A stretch of DNA of 64,000 bases from Actinomycetes bacterium (GCA_021777355.1 JAJYDO010000001.1:2941-66940); one strand, 5' to 3'; numbered from the stretch's first letter, positions 12,133-21,941 are shown. Numbers and translations are program-made. Notes: generated by a model not told the origin, from the letters alone.

Positions 12133-12177
12133 ATGCAACATATAAGGAACATTTCAGAAAACTTGCTCCTTAGCTAG
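12133..12177 (+). promoter_or_regulatory. Candidate leuA leader peptide ORF (MQHIRNISENLLLS, 14 codons plus TAG)
   Basis: ATG 12133 and TAG 12175-12177. Three consecutive Leu codons (TTG CTC CTT) occupy 12163-12171. The hairpin GCGAGCG 12180-12186 / CGCTCGC 12193-12199 and then a terminator follow. Confidence 0.55.
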
Positions 12178-12204
12178 ACGCGAGCGTTCCCACGCTCGCC
12201 ATGA

Positions 12205-12233
12205 CCTCCTGCGCAAAAGCCAGGAGGTTTTTT
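12205..12233 (+). terminator. Intrinsic terminator between serA and leuA (leuA attenuator terminator and/or serA terminator)
   Basis: CCTCCTG (12205-12211) pairs perfectly with CAGGAGG (12221-12227) across a 9-nt loop, followed by TTTTTT (12228-12233). It lies 35 nt before ATG 12268. Confidence 0.7.
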
Positions 12234-12267
12234 GTTGCCATGCAGGAAGATAGAAAGGTACACACAA

Positions 12268-13833
12268 ATGGACAATAAGACAGATACAAAAGGCGAACAC
12301 TTAATAATCTTTGATACCACGCTTAGAGATGGCGAGCAGTCTCCTGGAATCTCGCTTGACACTGCAGAAAAGCTCGAGATAGCAGAGCAGTTGGCCAGGC
12401 TAAATGTTGACTACATCGAAGCCGGTTTCCCTGTGGCAAGCCAAGGTGACTTTGAAGCCGTATCCGCAATAGCCAAAAGTGTCGAAGGTCCCATAATCGC
12501 CGGCCTGTCGCGAACTCAACTGCATGACGTGGACAGATGTTGGGATGCTTTAAAGTTCGCTGAAAAAGCAAGAATCCACGTATTTATCTCCACTTCCCCA
12601 TCCCACATGGAACACATGTTGCACATGGACCAGGCACAAGTATTGGCTGAAGTTAAAAGTGGTGTGGGAAGAGCAAGAGAGCACACCGATGACGTGGAGT
12701 TTTCTCCGCAAGATGCGACTCGTACTCCACTTGATTTCATGATCGAAGTACTTAATGCAGCGATTGAGGCAGGGGCAACCTGTTTGAACATTCCTGACAC
12801 GGTTGGCTACGGAATCCCGTGGGACTTTGGAGCTTTAATAAGCTATGTCAGAAAGATGGTGCCGGGTGAGTACATTCTCTCGACCCACTGCCACAACGAC
12901 TTGGGTTTGGCCACTGCCAACTCATTAGCCGGAGTCCAAGCCGGGGCACGTCAAGTAGAGGTGTGTGTGAATGGGATTGGAGAGAGGGCCGGCAATGCCG
13001 CACTCGAAGAAGTCGTAATGGCAGTGAACATTAGGTCAGATCAATTCCCCGGCGTAACAACGACTGTCAATACCTCTGAGATCGCCAAGACTTCACGACT
13101 GGTAGCCCGATTGACGGGATATCCTGTTCAATACAATAAAGCTGTAGTTGGCCGCAATGCTTTTGCCCACGAGTCGGGAATCCATCAGCACGGAGTATTA
13201 GCCGAAAGATCTACCTATGAAATAATTGAGGCTTCTTCTGTAGGCCAAGCTGGCCGCCAGATTGTCCTTGGCAAACATTCCGGACGCCATGCATTCAGTG
13301 ACACCTTAGAGAAAATGGGTTTAAAGGTGCAAGGGGACACATTAAATGCAACATTTAATCGTTTCAAGGAACTTGCAGATAGGAAGGTACAGATCACCGA
13401 AGCCGATCTAGAGGCAATCGTGGCAGAAGAGCTAGGAACCGCGGTTTCAAGCGAATTTGTATTAGAAGAACTTGAAGTATCAGGCGGCACGGTTGCCCAA
13501 CCCATGGCACGCGTGGTTATTGACAAAGATGGCACTAAGTCAGAAGGAAAAGCTGAAGGAAACGGCATGATTGATGCAGCATGCAACGCTTTATCAAATG
13601 CAACGGGAGTCAATGCCAAATTGAGCGAATTTAATGTATCAGCTGTAACAGGTGGAATTGATGCTCTAGGTGATGTAGTCATTCAGGTTGAATCAAATGG
13701 CATAAAGGTTTCCGGACGGGGAGTTTCAACCGACGTGGTTGAAGCCTCAGCAAGGGCTTATTTGAATGCAGTAAATCGAATACTGAGAATGCAAGCGAAA
13801 GGCGACGAGCGAGAAGTAGAAATAGGCCCTTAA
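12268..13833 (+). CDS. leuA: 2-isopropylmalate synthase
   Basis: IFDTTLRDGEQ and HCHNDLGLATAN, plus a C-terminal LeuA dimerisation/regulatory domain. ATG 12268 with GAAAGG upstream is preferred, because TTG 12232 lies inside the terminator T-tract. Confidence 0.93.
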   Translation: MDNKTDTKGEHLIIFDTTLRDGEQSPGISLDTAEKLEIAEQLARLNVDYIEAGFPVASQGDFEAVSAIAKSVEGPIIAGLSRTQLHDVDRCWDALKFAEKARIHVFISTSPSHMEHMLHMDQAQVLAEVKSGVGRAREHTDDVEFSPQDATRTPLDFMIEVLNAAIEAGATCLNIPDTVGYGIPWDFGALISYVRKMVPGEYILSTHCHNDLGLATANSLAGVQAGARQVEVCVNGIGERAGNAALEEVVMAVNIRSDQFPGVTTTVNTSEIAKTSRLVARLTGYPVQYNKAVVGRNAFAHESGIHQHGVLAERSTYEIIEASSVGQAGRQIVLGKHSGRHAFSDTLEKMGLKVQGDTLNATFNRFKELADRKVQITEADLEAIVAEELGTAVSSEFVLEELEVSGGTVAQPMARVVIDKDGTKSEGKAEGNGMIDAACNALSNATGVNAKLSEFNVSAVTGGIDALGDVVIQVESNGIKVSGRGVSTDVVEASARAYLNAVNRILRMQAKGDEREVEIGP

Positions 13834-13968
13834 TTTTTTTTTGCTACGGAAATATTTCCAGTGGAATATTGACAGGATGAGATTCCATAAAATTTTTCGC
13901 CGCACATATTGGTTGATCAATAACTGACTTAAAATGTCTAAACCTAAATGGAATCGACTTGATATAAG

Positions 13969-14844
13969 CTATTTTTGTGCCTCAATTAGAAGATCTAGGC
14001 CCAAAAAGGGCATTTTTCGAATAATTGGCCGCGGCCAGAATTTTCTTGCAATACTTAGCGATCGAGAACCGTGTCGATGTCCTACCTCACCTTCCAATAG
14101 GTCTCCGAAAGTAACAATCGGCCTGACGGTTGCCGAAGAAAAATCTGAAACAAGACTCTTTGCTTCGTCAACGCTATATCCTTTTGTCCCGGGACTTTCA
14201 AGATGATTAGCGTATATGTCAGCCATTGATCGCCCTAATCTGCCTGCCGCCAACCCGTATCGAGACCAAAGCATGATTCCGACGATTGAGGGACGATGGT
14301 AAACCATTGCTCGCAACTCTCCCCCGGGTTTAAGGACTCTATGGCACTCAGCAAATGCACTTTTCGTATCAGGACTGTGGTGGAGAACACCCCATGAATA
14401 AATTATATCGAACGTGTTGTCAGGAAATGCCAGATTCTCGGCATCGCCAACTGCTAAGCGAGGTACCTGAGATTCTAAGGCCATTCTTTCGCGAACAATT
14501 TCTACGGCTCTTGGAGTGATATCAATTCCAACGAGAAGTTCGGGTTTGCTGCGCGCCCACTCAACGTGATCCGCACCCATTCCAATTCCAATTTCAAGAA
14601 TTCGTTTCCCGTCACCATCAAACTTTGCAACGGTTTGTATGTAAGGCTCTATTGTGTAACGGGCATTGGCTTGTGCGGCAAACTGCTCCTCAATAGTCTC
14701 ACCTTCAGCATAAATTTCACCACAAGCCTGAGCGTCCCAGAAACTCTGAACCGCAGACTTAGGATCTTCAAGAGTGCTTTTAGTCTCACCCCTAACTCTC
14801 CTAAATTCAATGTCGGATCTCTCGCTACTCAAAATTGGCTCCAA
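13969..14844 (-). CDS. Class I SAM-dependent methyltransferase
   Basis: ILEIGIGMGAD (motif I), FDIIYSWGVLHH and LKPGGEL. It is convergent with leuA. Confidence 0.8.
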   Translation of the reverse strand: MEPILSSERSDIEFRRVRGETKSTLEDPKSAVQSFWDAQACGEIYAEGETIEEQFAAQANARYTIEPYIQTVAKFDGDGKRILEIGIGMGADHVEWARSKPELLVGIDITPRAVEIVRERMALESQVPRLAVGDAENLAFPDNTFDIIYSWGVLHHSPDTKSAFAECHRVLKPGGELRAMVYHRPSIVGIMLWSRYGLAAGRLGRSMADIYANHLESPGTKGYSVDEAKSLVSDFSSATVRPIVTFGDLLEGEVGHRHGSRSLSIARKFWPRPIIRKMPFLGLDLLIEAQK

Positions 14845-15822
14845 TCATTAAATTCCTCAACTTTAGACTCGCTTTCATAAAAACCACAGAGCTTAAGGTG
14901 TGAAGCCATAATAATGGAATATTCTCAAATATTTCACCTTTAAGTCTCTTGGGGACTCTGTGCCTGCTAACAGCACTATCTTAGTTGAGTCGTTCCAGTG
15001 GATCTTTACTACATAATCAACTAAGCACTTCGGTGCAAGTTGTTAGGGGAGAATTTAATACTCCACCGGATTTTTTCCTAAAGTATTCATTTAAGGAGGC
15101 GGATGAACTTTTCTTCCCATAGCTTAGAGATCATTTAGGAAAACTAGCTGAGTTTTTGATTTCAGTGCTTATCTATAAGTTACTTGCAAGATAGAAGAAT
15201 CAACAGTAGCAATATTTTGAGATACTCAAATGTTAATGCCGAATTCAACTTATTACAATAGACTTTCGTAGTTAATTTAAGCAGTAATATCGCCGGCCGC
15301 TATGCTTTGCACCCAAGTTTTTTAGCTTTTAGCAGTAACAATATTACTTCTTCAGAAAAATAATGACAGAAAATCCACCATTGAGAGTCCGTTGGGTCTT
15401 GCGCTTTGGGAACGTTAAACGACTTGCAGCAATGTGTCTGTAAGCTTCTAGCAATTTCATAAACTGAATCAATTTGTTCACCTTGCTTTCAAAATTCCCT
15501 CAAAAGAAGCAGCTTTTTACAATATTTGGAAAAATATAGTTTTTGTCTCCCTAGAAATATTGAACCTACAACACGTCAATCAGCTTTTAGGAATGTAAGA
15601 TTTACTATTCAGTCATTTTTTAGGAGAATAAGATCGGAATTGCCAAAGCCTTAGCTTGGCAATTTAATTGAATAATTTGCACAAACCAGAAATCCCTTCT
15701 GGCTTGAGACCAGCCAATCCAATAGGTTGCGCCGAAATGCAGTAATCGACGCTCAAATATGGATAATAATCACTTAAAATGATCACTACGTCAGCATTTT
15801 TCCACTATATTGGTAATTCTAC

Positions 15823-17619
15823 GTGTGCGGAATAATTGGATATGTAAGCCAAAATCTCAATGAGGAGACTTTTAGAAAAGCGACTTGCTCGTTGGAGCAC
15901 CGCGGTCCAGATGGCCTCAAAATTGAAGGTGGTGATTTTGATGGCTTGCCGTGGAGGCTAGGTCACTGCCGCTTATCCATTAATGATCTCTCGGAACTGG
16001 GTACGCAGCCAATGGCTAGTCCTTCCGGAAGATATTTGATGGTTTATAATGGCGAGATTTACAACTCACCCGAATTAAGGAAGGAATGCGAAGCATCTGG
16101 AAGCATTTTCAAATCGCAGATGGACGGCGAAGTCATTCTCCACCTCTGGGAACTAGAAGGATCTGATTGCTTAAAAAAGCTGAACGGTATTTTTGCAATT
16201 TGTATAGTTGACACTGTTGGCAAGAGCATCACAATCGCTCGAGATCCTGTAGGAGTCAAGCCATTGTTTTACTCTAATTCCGATAATCGGTTTTGTTTTG
16301 CCTCCGAAATTGAGGCATTAAATGATCTCGGAATAAATAACGGTGGACTGGACTCTGCCGGGCTAGCACAATTTTTGACTTTTTTGTGGATTCCTGCACC
16401 AAACACGCCATTTAAAAACATTAAAGCACTAAAACCCGGAGAAATGGCAGTTTACGCCAACTCCCGATTGGAGGCCAAGCGTTTTTCACCTGTTTTCACT
16501 GCTTCTTCCTCATCATTAAGCGGAGCTACAAGTGAATTAATGGCTGAAGTTAGCCTGAAAATAAGGCAGGCTGCCAGCAGGCAACTCCTATCTGATGTTC
16601 CGATTGGCATAATGGCATCAGGAGGGGTTGATAGCGGCCTTATATGGGCGAACACTTCTCAAAATCTATCCTTGGCATATTCAATTTCTTGGGACCTCAT
16701 TAAAAATGACAGTGAAGGAATTTCTGACGACCTGGTAAGCGCAAGGCTCGTGGCATCAAACTTCCAGACAAAACTAAGGGAAATCCCAGGTGATGATTGG
16801 GGTGGATCCGGGCTCCCCCATTCAGGTGATTTGTTTGCAGATCCGGCCTACGAGTTAGTTAGGAAGATGGCTGTCGCCGCACGTGAGGATGGGCTAAAAG
16901 TATTGTTTTCAGGCCAGGGCGGAGACGAAATATTTGGTGGATATAGGCGCCACGCAGTGGCACGGGTTATTGGATCAAAACCTCATTTTTCCGGCCTATT
17001 CTTCAAGGGACTATATAACTTATCCAAAATGAAATCTGGCATGAATATTTCACAGGAGTACATTTCTCGTCTAGTTCTAGCGCTTTCCGAAGGAGACAGG
17101 GAAAAGGGTTATCTGCAACTTTGCAGTTACTCTACTCAGGAAGATCGCGCAAATGCCCTTGATCTAACTTCTGCGGAGGTCTCGGACGACGTGGTTTACA
17201 AGGAGCATTTGGAGGTATTTGCAGTCCAACCGGCAAATATTTCTTTTCTAAGAAAAGCAATGTCAGTAGATTTAAATGTGTACCTCCCAGGGCTTGGCTT
17301 GAGCTATGTGGACAGAGCTTCTATGGAAGCAGGTATCGAGGTCAGGGTCCCGTTGGTTGATCTTGAATTACTAAAGTATTCCTTAGATTTGCCCGACAAC
17401 GTGTTAGTAAGGCGTGGCACGACTAAATGGATAGCTAAACAAGCAGCTCTTGCCGTTTTGCCGCCAGAAACTGTAGAACGACCGAAACGTTCTTTTGGTG
17501 CACCGGCATCGCAAGTAGGTTCCAACACAAATAGCGACAATTCGAGAGGTTACAGGCAAAGTAGATATTTTAACCACGCCTGCCAAGTGCTTGAAAAGTA
17601 TAGAGAAAAGTACGCTTGA
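15823..17619 (+). CDS. Asparagine synthase (glutamine-hydrolysing)-like amidotransferase
   Basis: Starts MCGIIGY, giving the Ntn glutaminase Cys2. The PP-loop SGGVDSG is present. GTG start, 598 aa. Confidence 0.88.
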   Translation: MCGIIGYVSQNLNEETFRKATCSLEHRGPDGLKIEGGDFDGLPWRLGHCRLSINDLSELGTQPMASPSGRYLMVYNGEIYNSPELRKECEASGSIFKSQMDGEVILHLWELEGSDCLKKLNGIFAICIVDTVGKSITIARDPVGVKPLFYSNSDNRFCFASEIEALNDLGINNGGLDSAGLAQFLTFLWIPAPNTPFKNIKALKPGEMAVYANSRLEAKRFSPVFTASSSSLSGATSELMAEVSLKIRQAASRQLLSDVPIGIMASGGVDSGLIWANTSQNLSLAYSISWDLIKNDSEGISDDLVSARLVASNFQTKLREIPGDDWGGSGLPHSGDLFADPAYELVRKMAVAAREDGLKVLFSGQGGDEIFGGYRRHAVARVIGSKPHFSGLFFKGLYNLSKMKSGMNISQEYISRLVLALSEGDREKGYLQLCSYSTQEDRANALDLTSAEVSDDVVYKEHLEVFAVQPANISFLRKAMSVDLNVYLPGLGLSYVDRASMEAGIEVRVPLVDLELLKYSLDLPDNVLVRRGTTKWIAKQAALAVLPPETVERPKRSFGAPASQVGSNTNSDNSRGYRQSRYFNHACQVLEKYREKYA

Positions 17620-17975
17620 ACTTATAGGCGGACGGATTTTGCTTTGTTTTCTTTTTGTGCTTCTGGCAGCGAAAATCTTATAATAATGGGTGACACATGG
17701 GTTAGGCATTTAAAAGTCTGGTCTGACGAAGAAATCAGTGTGAACGGAAGGACATGAGGTTTTTTTTCGCGGAATATCACATAAGGTCCCTTTTTGTAAT
17801 CGTAGAATCATTGACCGAAATTGCGTCTTTGTAGTTGGAACTGAGAAAAGCATCATTAGTCTAATTTCGTAAGTCTAAACAAATGACCAGGTGGTTCCAC
17901 AATAAAGTTTAAGAATTTTAGCTACTTGGCACGCGTGCCATTACAGATAGCTCTAGAATTTAACACCAGATAGCG

Positions 17976-19286
17976 ATGATTTCAAAAAGGCCACTTAAGT
18001 ATCGAGATTTGCTATATGCAAACGATAACGGCGCCGATTCAACTGATCGGCAAAAATCTAAGGGTGCGATAGAAGCCGTCACCGTTGTATTCTTCATGCT
18101 TTTGAACACTAACCTCCAGTTGCCCAGTGGTATCTCGCTAGGAAGGTGGGTGCTGCTTGGGATACTTAGCATGATTGCAGTTGGCCACGCCTTGGCCGGG
18201 AGGGATCAAGTACGCATTCCAGGAAGCGTAATTGCTTTAATTGGGTTTTCTCTACTGGCCCTTATCTCAACTTTCTATTCTAGTGAACCACTTTTAACAG
18301 GCTTAAAAGCAGGAACTCTTATATTGCTTTTCATTGGATGTTTAATTAGACCTTCGTGGGACTTTAATTCAGACGGTGAACGGTGGCTGGTCATTCTAGG
18401 AAGAATTAATATTTTCATACTTTTAGTAACTATCCCGCTAGCACTAACCGGTTCATTTAATGCATACTCTTCTGGATCTCTTCAAGGTCCAATGGATAAT
18501 CCAAACTCGCTCGGAAGTGTTTTAGTTCTAACTTTTCCGGGACTTTTGTATCTTATGGCGAAGCCAAATAGGTTGTCCCCGCTAAAGCCATTTGCATCCT
18601 CTATTTTAAGTTTAGCGGCCATTGCTGATGTAGCCTTTGTGGTTTTTTCAAAATCTCGAACTTCGGCCGCGGCATTGCTTGGAGCGTGGCTAGTTTACGC
18701 ATGGCTAAATTCTAAAGGAAGAACTTTTACAAGAGTTGCAGGCGTTATAGTTTTACTTGCTCTCATTCCACTACTGCCAATAAATGCTACAAAAGGAATT
18801 TCGGACTTTGTCTACAAGGGGCAGACCACTATCGGCCTTGATAGAGTTTCATCCCTTTCAACTACTTATCATGAGTTCTTAAAAAATCCTATTGTTGGGA
18901 ATGGATTTGGAGTATTAGTTGCCAACCCAAATTCGACTCCGGCAAATAATACTTCGTCACTTCTTCCACTAAGTGACACAGGCGTCGAACAGACTAACTC
19001 AATTCTTGGAACTGCGGCCAACCTTGGTCTTGCCGGTGCAATACTTTTGTTGTTTGCACTCATAACAATCTATTTCGGGGCGTGGTTCAGATTAGGCAAA
19101 AATGCTAAGTTTTCGGATGAAAGATCGGTCAATGTATGCCTTATTACTATCGGCATTGCCGGATTGATCAATATGAATGGGGAAGCTTGGTTAACTTCAG
19201 CAGGGACTTATGAGGCTTTGATATTCTGGACTACAACTGGATACTTGATTTCTGCACTTCATAGATCTAGAAAAAGAAGCACTTAG
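17976..19286 (+). CDS. O-antigen ligase / Wzy-type polymerase family integral membrane protein
   Basis: About 10-12 hydrophobic segments, plus SKSRTSAAALLGAWL and NPIVGNGFG blocks resembling Wzy_C. Confidence 0.75.
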   Translation: MISKRPLKYRDLLYANDNGADSTDRQKSKGAIEAVTVVFFMLLNTNLQLPSGISLGRWVLLGILSMIAVGHALAGRDQVRIPGSVIALIGFSLLALISTFYSSEPLLTGLKAGTLILLFIGCLIRPSWDFNSDGERWLVILGRINIFILLVTIPLALTGSFNAYSSGSLQGPMDNPNSLGSVLVLTFPGLLYLMAKPNRLSPLKPFASSILSLAAIADVAFVVFSKSRTSAAALLGAWLVYAWLNSKGRTFTRVAGVIVLLALIPLLPINATKGISDFVYKGQTTIGLDRVSSLSTTYHEFLKNPIVGNGFGVLVANPNSTPANNTSSLLPLSDTGVEQTNSILGTAANLGLAGAILLLFALITIYFGAWFRLGKNAKFSDERSVNVCLITIGIAGLINMNGEAWLTSAGTYEALIFWTTTGYLISALHRSRKRST

Positions 19287-20288
19287 TATTCGAGTTTTGC
19301 TTCGTCCCCAATATTGTCATCTCATCTCCAAGCGTTTGAATACGTTAATTCACCGATGATTGGAGTCTTAAATATCGTGGAAGGAAATGCCAGCTATTAG
19401 CTCTTTACATTTGGACCCGATTTAATGCACTGAATTGTACGAAGCTGTCCCTCGCACAGTTCTTCTTGCTTAAGACATTTTGAGACCTGCTATTTGAAAC
19501 ACAAAGACATTTAGTTTTTTAGGGTTTCGAATCTCCATTGGTCTAATTGGGGTGGCCAATGAATATTTAGAGTCAAAAAGCGCTCCGCCAAAATTCGCCT
19601 GCGATCATAATTCGGGCCGTGCAAGTAGTTTTGGTTTTAGATCCAAACAATTCCGTAAATCTCGTCAAAGCTTTGTTCGAGTTGCCATGTTAGCAATGGA
19701 GGTCAAGTTTGAATAAAAAATGGGAGAAATGTTCTTGCCCGATTTGACCGAATTTGCAATCCTGCAATCACAAAATGATGAGTGAATGCGAAGTGAATTG
19801 CATCTCGAAAAACAGTGATATTTGCCATGGTGGAGGGAAATTTGCTCTTAAACTATCGACAGGCGAAGTTTTCAGGCTCTTCTTAAATATAGGCCATAGC
19901 AAAACCTCACCAGTGGTCAAAGCAATTGCCGATCTGAAAGGTTGGCGATACAACCGAATCGATTGAGACACAGAACCAGCAATTCGCCCCGGATGCAGTA
20001 ACCTATGTGGAGTGTTCAACTCTCAGGATTACTCACATAGTCTCATCACCTTTCGAATTCAGGAGTTGCTGCGGGCCACGAACCCAGATTACGGGCTTCC
20101 TCTTGGAAATTCGGCAGCACAGACGGTTCGAATTGATCAACGACAATGCGAAGGGGACTCATTGCGGAGCAGTATCCATTCTGAAAATGAGACCTTATTG
20201 GTACTCGAATCAGATGCGTCTAACAGTTTGGCGCCAGGTGCTGTGATTGTCGCTTCTCTTGCCGTCACAAACTTCCAACAGGAGGTGA

Positions 20289-21473
20289 ATGTTAATGCGA
20301 GTGCTTGTAGTAACAAATGATTTACCAACATCGCGGTTCGACCCACAAATGAGCTTCATACGTGACCAAGCATGTGCGTTGGCACGCAGGGGCGTCGATG
20401 TTTCAATTATTGTTGCGCGTCCCTGGCAGTGGTCATGGCCAGTTATAGGGTCACCACGTTGGCAGCAAGCTTCTTTTGGGTCAGATCGATTAGATCTTCA
20501 AGAACTTAGATCTGTAACCGAAATCCGTTGCCTTTCATTCCCTGGGCGAATAAACTACTTAGCCTGTGCGGCTGCCCAGAGTCTACAGATAAGAACCTTG
20601 CGTCGTGAAATACAGAGTGGCAAATACGACGCGGTGCTTGTGCATAGTGAAATTAGCGCATGGGCCATTCGGCGAGTTGTAGCGCGGCAAAAAGTTCCCA
20701 TGGTTCTAGTAATCCATGGAGAGTACAAAATACGTAGCGCCGAATCTCGGACTGGGCAAAAAGTTCTCGCGGAGGCATGTCGGTACTCATCGGCACTAGT
20801 GCTAGTTGGGGCTGGAGTGAAAGTTCCTTCTGAGATATCAACTCGAGCTTGTATGATCCCAAATGGCTACATGCCCCTCGATCCAGTCGAAGGGAGAGAG
20901 GAGGTATCGCTCATTCGGCCCCCAGCATGTCTAATACTCTCGGTTTCGCGGCTTGTGGAAATTAAAGGAATTCAAGACAATATTAAAGCTCTTGCGCGCC
21001 TTCGATCCAATGGTATCGCGGCACACTATTGGATAATAGGTGATGGACCGTTACGTTCCAATTTATTGTCTCTGGCAAAAGAGTTGGGAGTGGAAGATTC
21101 AGTAACCTTCATCGGTACTATATCTAGGGAGAAGCTAGGAGCTTACATAGAAGCATGCGACTTTTTCTCATTACCTTCTTCCCGCGAGCCTTTTGGAATT
21201 GCCCACCTCGAAGCCGCGGCTCTTGGAAAACCGGTTATCTGCGCGAGCGGGACTGGTCCAGCAGCATTTTTGGAGCACGGCATTTCAGCTATTCACGTTT
21301 CCCCAGGCGATGTGGAAGGACTCGCTGATGCCTGGCAGGAACTGGCCCAGGACACAAATTTGAGGGCGTCAATTGGCGCTCGTGCTCAACAAGCGGGAAC
21401 TAAATTAACTTGGGATGTCAACGCTGAACGGATCGAAGCGCTTTTCGCCGAACTTATTGCCTCTGATTCATGA
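20289..21473 (+). CDS. Glycosyltransferase family 4 (GT-B)
   Basis: EX7E motif EPFGIAHLEAAALGKPVI. ATG is preceded by CAGGAGGTGA. Clear paralog of 23165..24355. Confidence 0.88.
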   Translation: MLMRVLVVTNDLPTSRFDPQMSFIRDQACALARRGVDVSIIVARPWQWSWPVIGSPRWQQASFGSDRLDLQELRSVTEIRCLSFPGRINYLACAAAQSLQIRTLRREIQSGKYDAVLVHSEISAWAIRRVVARQKVPMVLVIHGEYKIRSAESRTGQKVLAEACRYSSALVLVGAGVKVPSEISTRACMIPNGYMPLDPVEGREEVSLIRPPACLILSVSRLVEIKGIQDNIKALARLRSNGIAAHYWIIGDGPLRSNLLSLAKELGVEDSVTFIGTISREKLGAYIEACDFFSLPSSREPFGIAHLEAAALGKPVICASGTGPAAFLEHGISAIHVSPGDVEGLADAWQELAQDTNLRASIGARAQQAGTKLTWDVNAERIEALFAELIASDS

Positions 21474-21941
21474 CGTAGGGTGGAACCTGAAATTGTATTT
21501 TAGGGAGTCTAGCTAATTGAGCTCATTAACCGGTACTGTTTTTAATGTCTTCAAGAGAGCCTCTGTGCAACTTTTGCTTTAGTTTATCATTCTAGCTTTT
21601 TGCCAGGCGCATCACCTTAAGCCGCCTCGAGAGTGAATATCCTAGGTGAATAGCCTTGGGCCATTAATGCTCATTGAATGTGTCCACGAGTACGCTGTCT
21701 CACAATTTAGCCCACTTTTTAAACTGAAGTACATTCCATTATGGCCGCACAGTTCAAGTTCACATTAGTTACCCCGCCTACCAAGAAGGCCTAATAAGTA
21801 ATTTTAAACAATTTCTCAAGCCGGCTCTTCACTAATTGCTAAAACATTATTAAGTTCGCATAATAGTTAATTTGCTAAGCTCTATCAGATAAAAAGGTGT
21901 ACATAAACTGGTAGCCTGAAGGATTTTTTGTAAGGAGGACA

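Noticed and set aside
12232-12267. TTG 12232 as the leuA start (listed ORF start)
   Set aside because: The TTG lies in the T-tract of the terminator, and its apparent SD (AGGAGG) is the 3' arm of the terminator stem. ATG 12268 gives a normal-length N-terminus before IFDTTLRDGEQ. This is not fully excluded.
13215-13682. 155-aa antisense ORF inside leuA. Similar long antisense ORFs occur inside other confident genes: 15..212, 33528..34331 (four ORFs), 42382..42801, 45086..45738, 47512..47874, 52950..53369, 55301..55660, 57973..58326, 59578..59941 and 60512..60932
   Set aside because: All lie entirely within, and opposite or out of frame to, genes with strong family signatures. Their translations are low-complexity (Ser/Ala/Pro/Arg-rich) with no motifs, which is typical of shadow ORFs.
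15823-17619. Idea that the AsnB-like gene is a lasso-peptide cyclase, with a precursor hidden in the upstream 1-kb gap
   Set aside because: The protein keeps the N-terminal Cys2 glutaminase nucleophile typical of true amidotransferases. There is no transglutaminase-like leader protease (B protein), no RRE and no ABC exporter nearby. I found no plausible precursor ORF.
17927-17940. TGGCAC of the palindrome as a sigma-54 (-24) promoter element
   Set aside because: There is no TTGC -12 element at the required spacing, and Actinobacteria generally lack sigma-54. I keep it only as a possible operator.
19522-19536. tRNA T-loop-like strings (GGGTTTCGAATCTCC here, and GGTTCGAAAC at 44620-44629) that could mark tRNA genes or att-site remnants
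   Set aside because: The flanking bases cannot form a T-stem, acceptor stem or the other arms on either strand. These are isolated chance similarities, and I claim no tRNA or integration scar.
19754-20320. Calling any of the 69-102-aa ORFs in 19754..20346 as genes
   Set aside because: They overlap one another in conflicting frames and strands, lack motifs and RBSs, and one runs into the well-supported GT4 start at 20289. The region is reported instead as a possible decayed gene.
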